DNA of 52,350 nucleotides, from the NCBI GenBank assembly GCA_964618805.1, contig CAZUBM010000011.1, positions 1 to 52,350 on the forward strand, given 5' to 3'. The position numbers were made by a program, and so were the translations under genes. Position 1 is the first letter of the stretch; every line of letters begins with the position of its first letter. This DNA comes from an uncultured Nitrososphaerota archaeon. Lineage in GTDB: Archaea; Korarchaeota; Korarchaeia; Korarchaeales; Korarchaeaceae. The notes under the pieces were generated by a model. The model was not told the origin of the DNA. It saw nothing but the letters and a program-made list of their open reading frames with translations, and did not search any database. Below are positions 51,567-52,350 of the stretch, piece after piece.

Positions 51567-52067
51567 ATGGAGAGGCCTGACAAGACGATGTATTTTCTAA
51601 ATATAGCTCTAGCTGTTGCTGCTAGATCAACATGCCTTAGGAGGAAGATAGGGGCCGTTATAGTTAAGGGGAACACGATCGTTGGAACAGGCTACAATGG
51701 AACTGCAAAGGGAGTCGTTAACTGCATCGAAGTTGGCTGCATAAAGGACCTGCTTGATCTTCCCCATGATAGAGCGTACGACTTATGTCCTGCGGTTCAT
51801 GCTGAGGAAAACGCCATAATCAACTCGAATAGAGAGGACAGGATAGGAGCAAAGCTCTATATAGCTGGATTTGATGCTGAGGGAAATTATGTTAAAGCTG
51901 AGCCGTGCTTGAGGTGCAAGCGCAAGATCATCAACTCTGAGATAGAGGAGGTTATCGTGCTAGATAGCTCGGGAAAACCTGTAAGGTATGATGTCAAAAA
52001 GTGGGTAGAAGAGGACACGAACTGGTATCTAAGAGAATTAGAGAAGGCTCGAAAGATGAGACGATAG
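51567..52067 (+). CDS. dCMP deaminase (ComEB-like)
   Basis: RSTCLRRKIGAVI, TGYNG, HAEENA, PCLRC. Confidence 0.9.
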   Translation: MERPDKTMYFLNIALAVAARSTCLRRKIGAVIVKGNTIVGTGYNGTAKGVVNCIEVGCIKDLLDLPHDRAYDLCPAVHAEENAIINSNREDRIGAKLYIAGFDAEGNYVKAEPCLRCKRKIINSEIEEVIVLDSSGKPVRYDVKKWVEEDTNWYLRELEKARKMRR

Positions 52068-52197
52068 TTTTTATCCAAAAAGTGGCTACTTGGACCTAAC
52101 AACGGAGTTAAGAGAAAGCTTTATAGCATATTCTAGAATATTTGATAAAAGATTCCCTTTATAGGTCCTTGATTTTCATAAGTTTTTATGTTCTTTC

Positions 52198-52350
52198 TTA
52201 CCTACCGCAAGGCTGGTAGTGATCCTTATTGGTCTTTAAGAAGTCTTCACTGGATGATTTCTTATAACCTTCTGTACCTGAGCCTCTTTTCTACTTCATC
52301 TGCAACTATTTCGCTGACTATCTTGAAGAAAGTTGCAAATGAACCTAATA
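52198..52350 (-). CDS. 3' end of a gene entering from beyond the window
   Basis: Open frame LGSFATFFKIVSEIVADEVEK...QPCGR*. Confidence 0.45.

Noticed and set aside
1308-52102. Many antisense or overlapping ORFs in the track (e.g. 1397-1678, 11366-11890, 15431-15841, 34984-35664, 49331-49927)
   Set aside because: They are shadow frames of better-supported genes, with Ser/Leu-rich, motif-free translations.
17290-52110. Other YTAACA motifs (e.g. 17292, 49069, 52096) as attC R'' boxes
   Set aside because: No complementary L boxes or correctly spaced GTT were found downstream.
52113-52141. TATA-like GAAAGCTTTATA plus palindrome ATATTCTAGAATAT as an antisense promoter
   Set aside because: AT-rich 14-bp palindromes are expected by chance and there is no downstream plus-strand gene in view.
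1-52350. CRISPR array, tRNA, rRNA, transposase or integrase
   Set aside because: No regularly spaced repeats, cloverleaf or rRNA-like segments, or DDE/tyrosine/serine recombinase motifs were recognised by eye.

Overview
This window is archaeal chromosomal DNA, probably from a TACK/Thermoproteota-like thermophile. That assignment is inferred from TATA/BRE promoters, GGTGA-type RBSs, AGG/ATA codon use, inteins, PolB2 and NurA/HerA. A few housekeeping-type genes are present: an intein-split phosphohexomutase, a class II aldolase, nurA-herA(intein) with a divergent CARF-wHTH regulator, and a dCMP deaminase. They sit in a highly accessory, decaying landscape of about 11 toxin-antitoxin modules, many membrane or secreted orphans and roughly 20 frameshifted, truncated or internally deleted genes. 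Highlights: (1) a complete AT-rich integron-type gene cassette (37669-38664) with a canonical attC site, no integrase in the window, apparently inserted at a secondary GTTCA site, plus a second collapsed attC remnant; (2) a stand-alone NurA-HerA module whose HerA lacks the arginine-finger motif, facing a Csa3-like CARF-wHTH gene and lying next to a PolB2 relic; (3) an intein whose +1 nucleophile is the catalytic phosphoserine of a phosphohexomutase; (4) a same-strand TGATTTTAGCGCGCGC motif whose two exact copies bracket a 14.6-kb accessory block. No CRISPR array, tRNA, rRNA, transposase or integrase was recognised. All calls are by eye, with no database searches.
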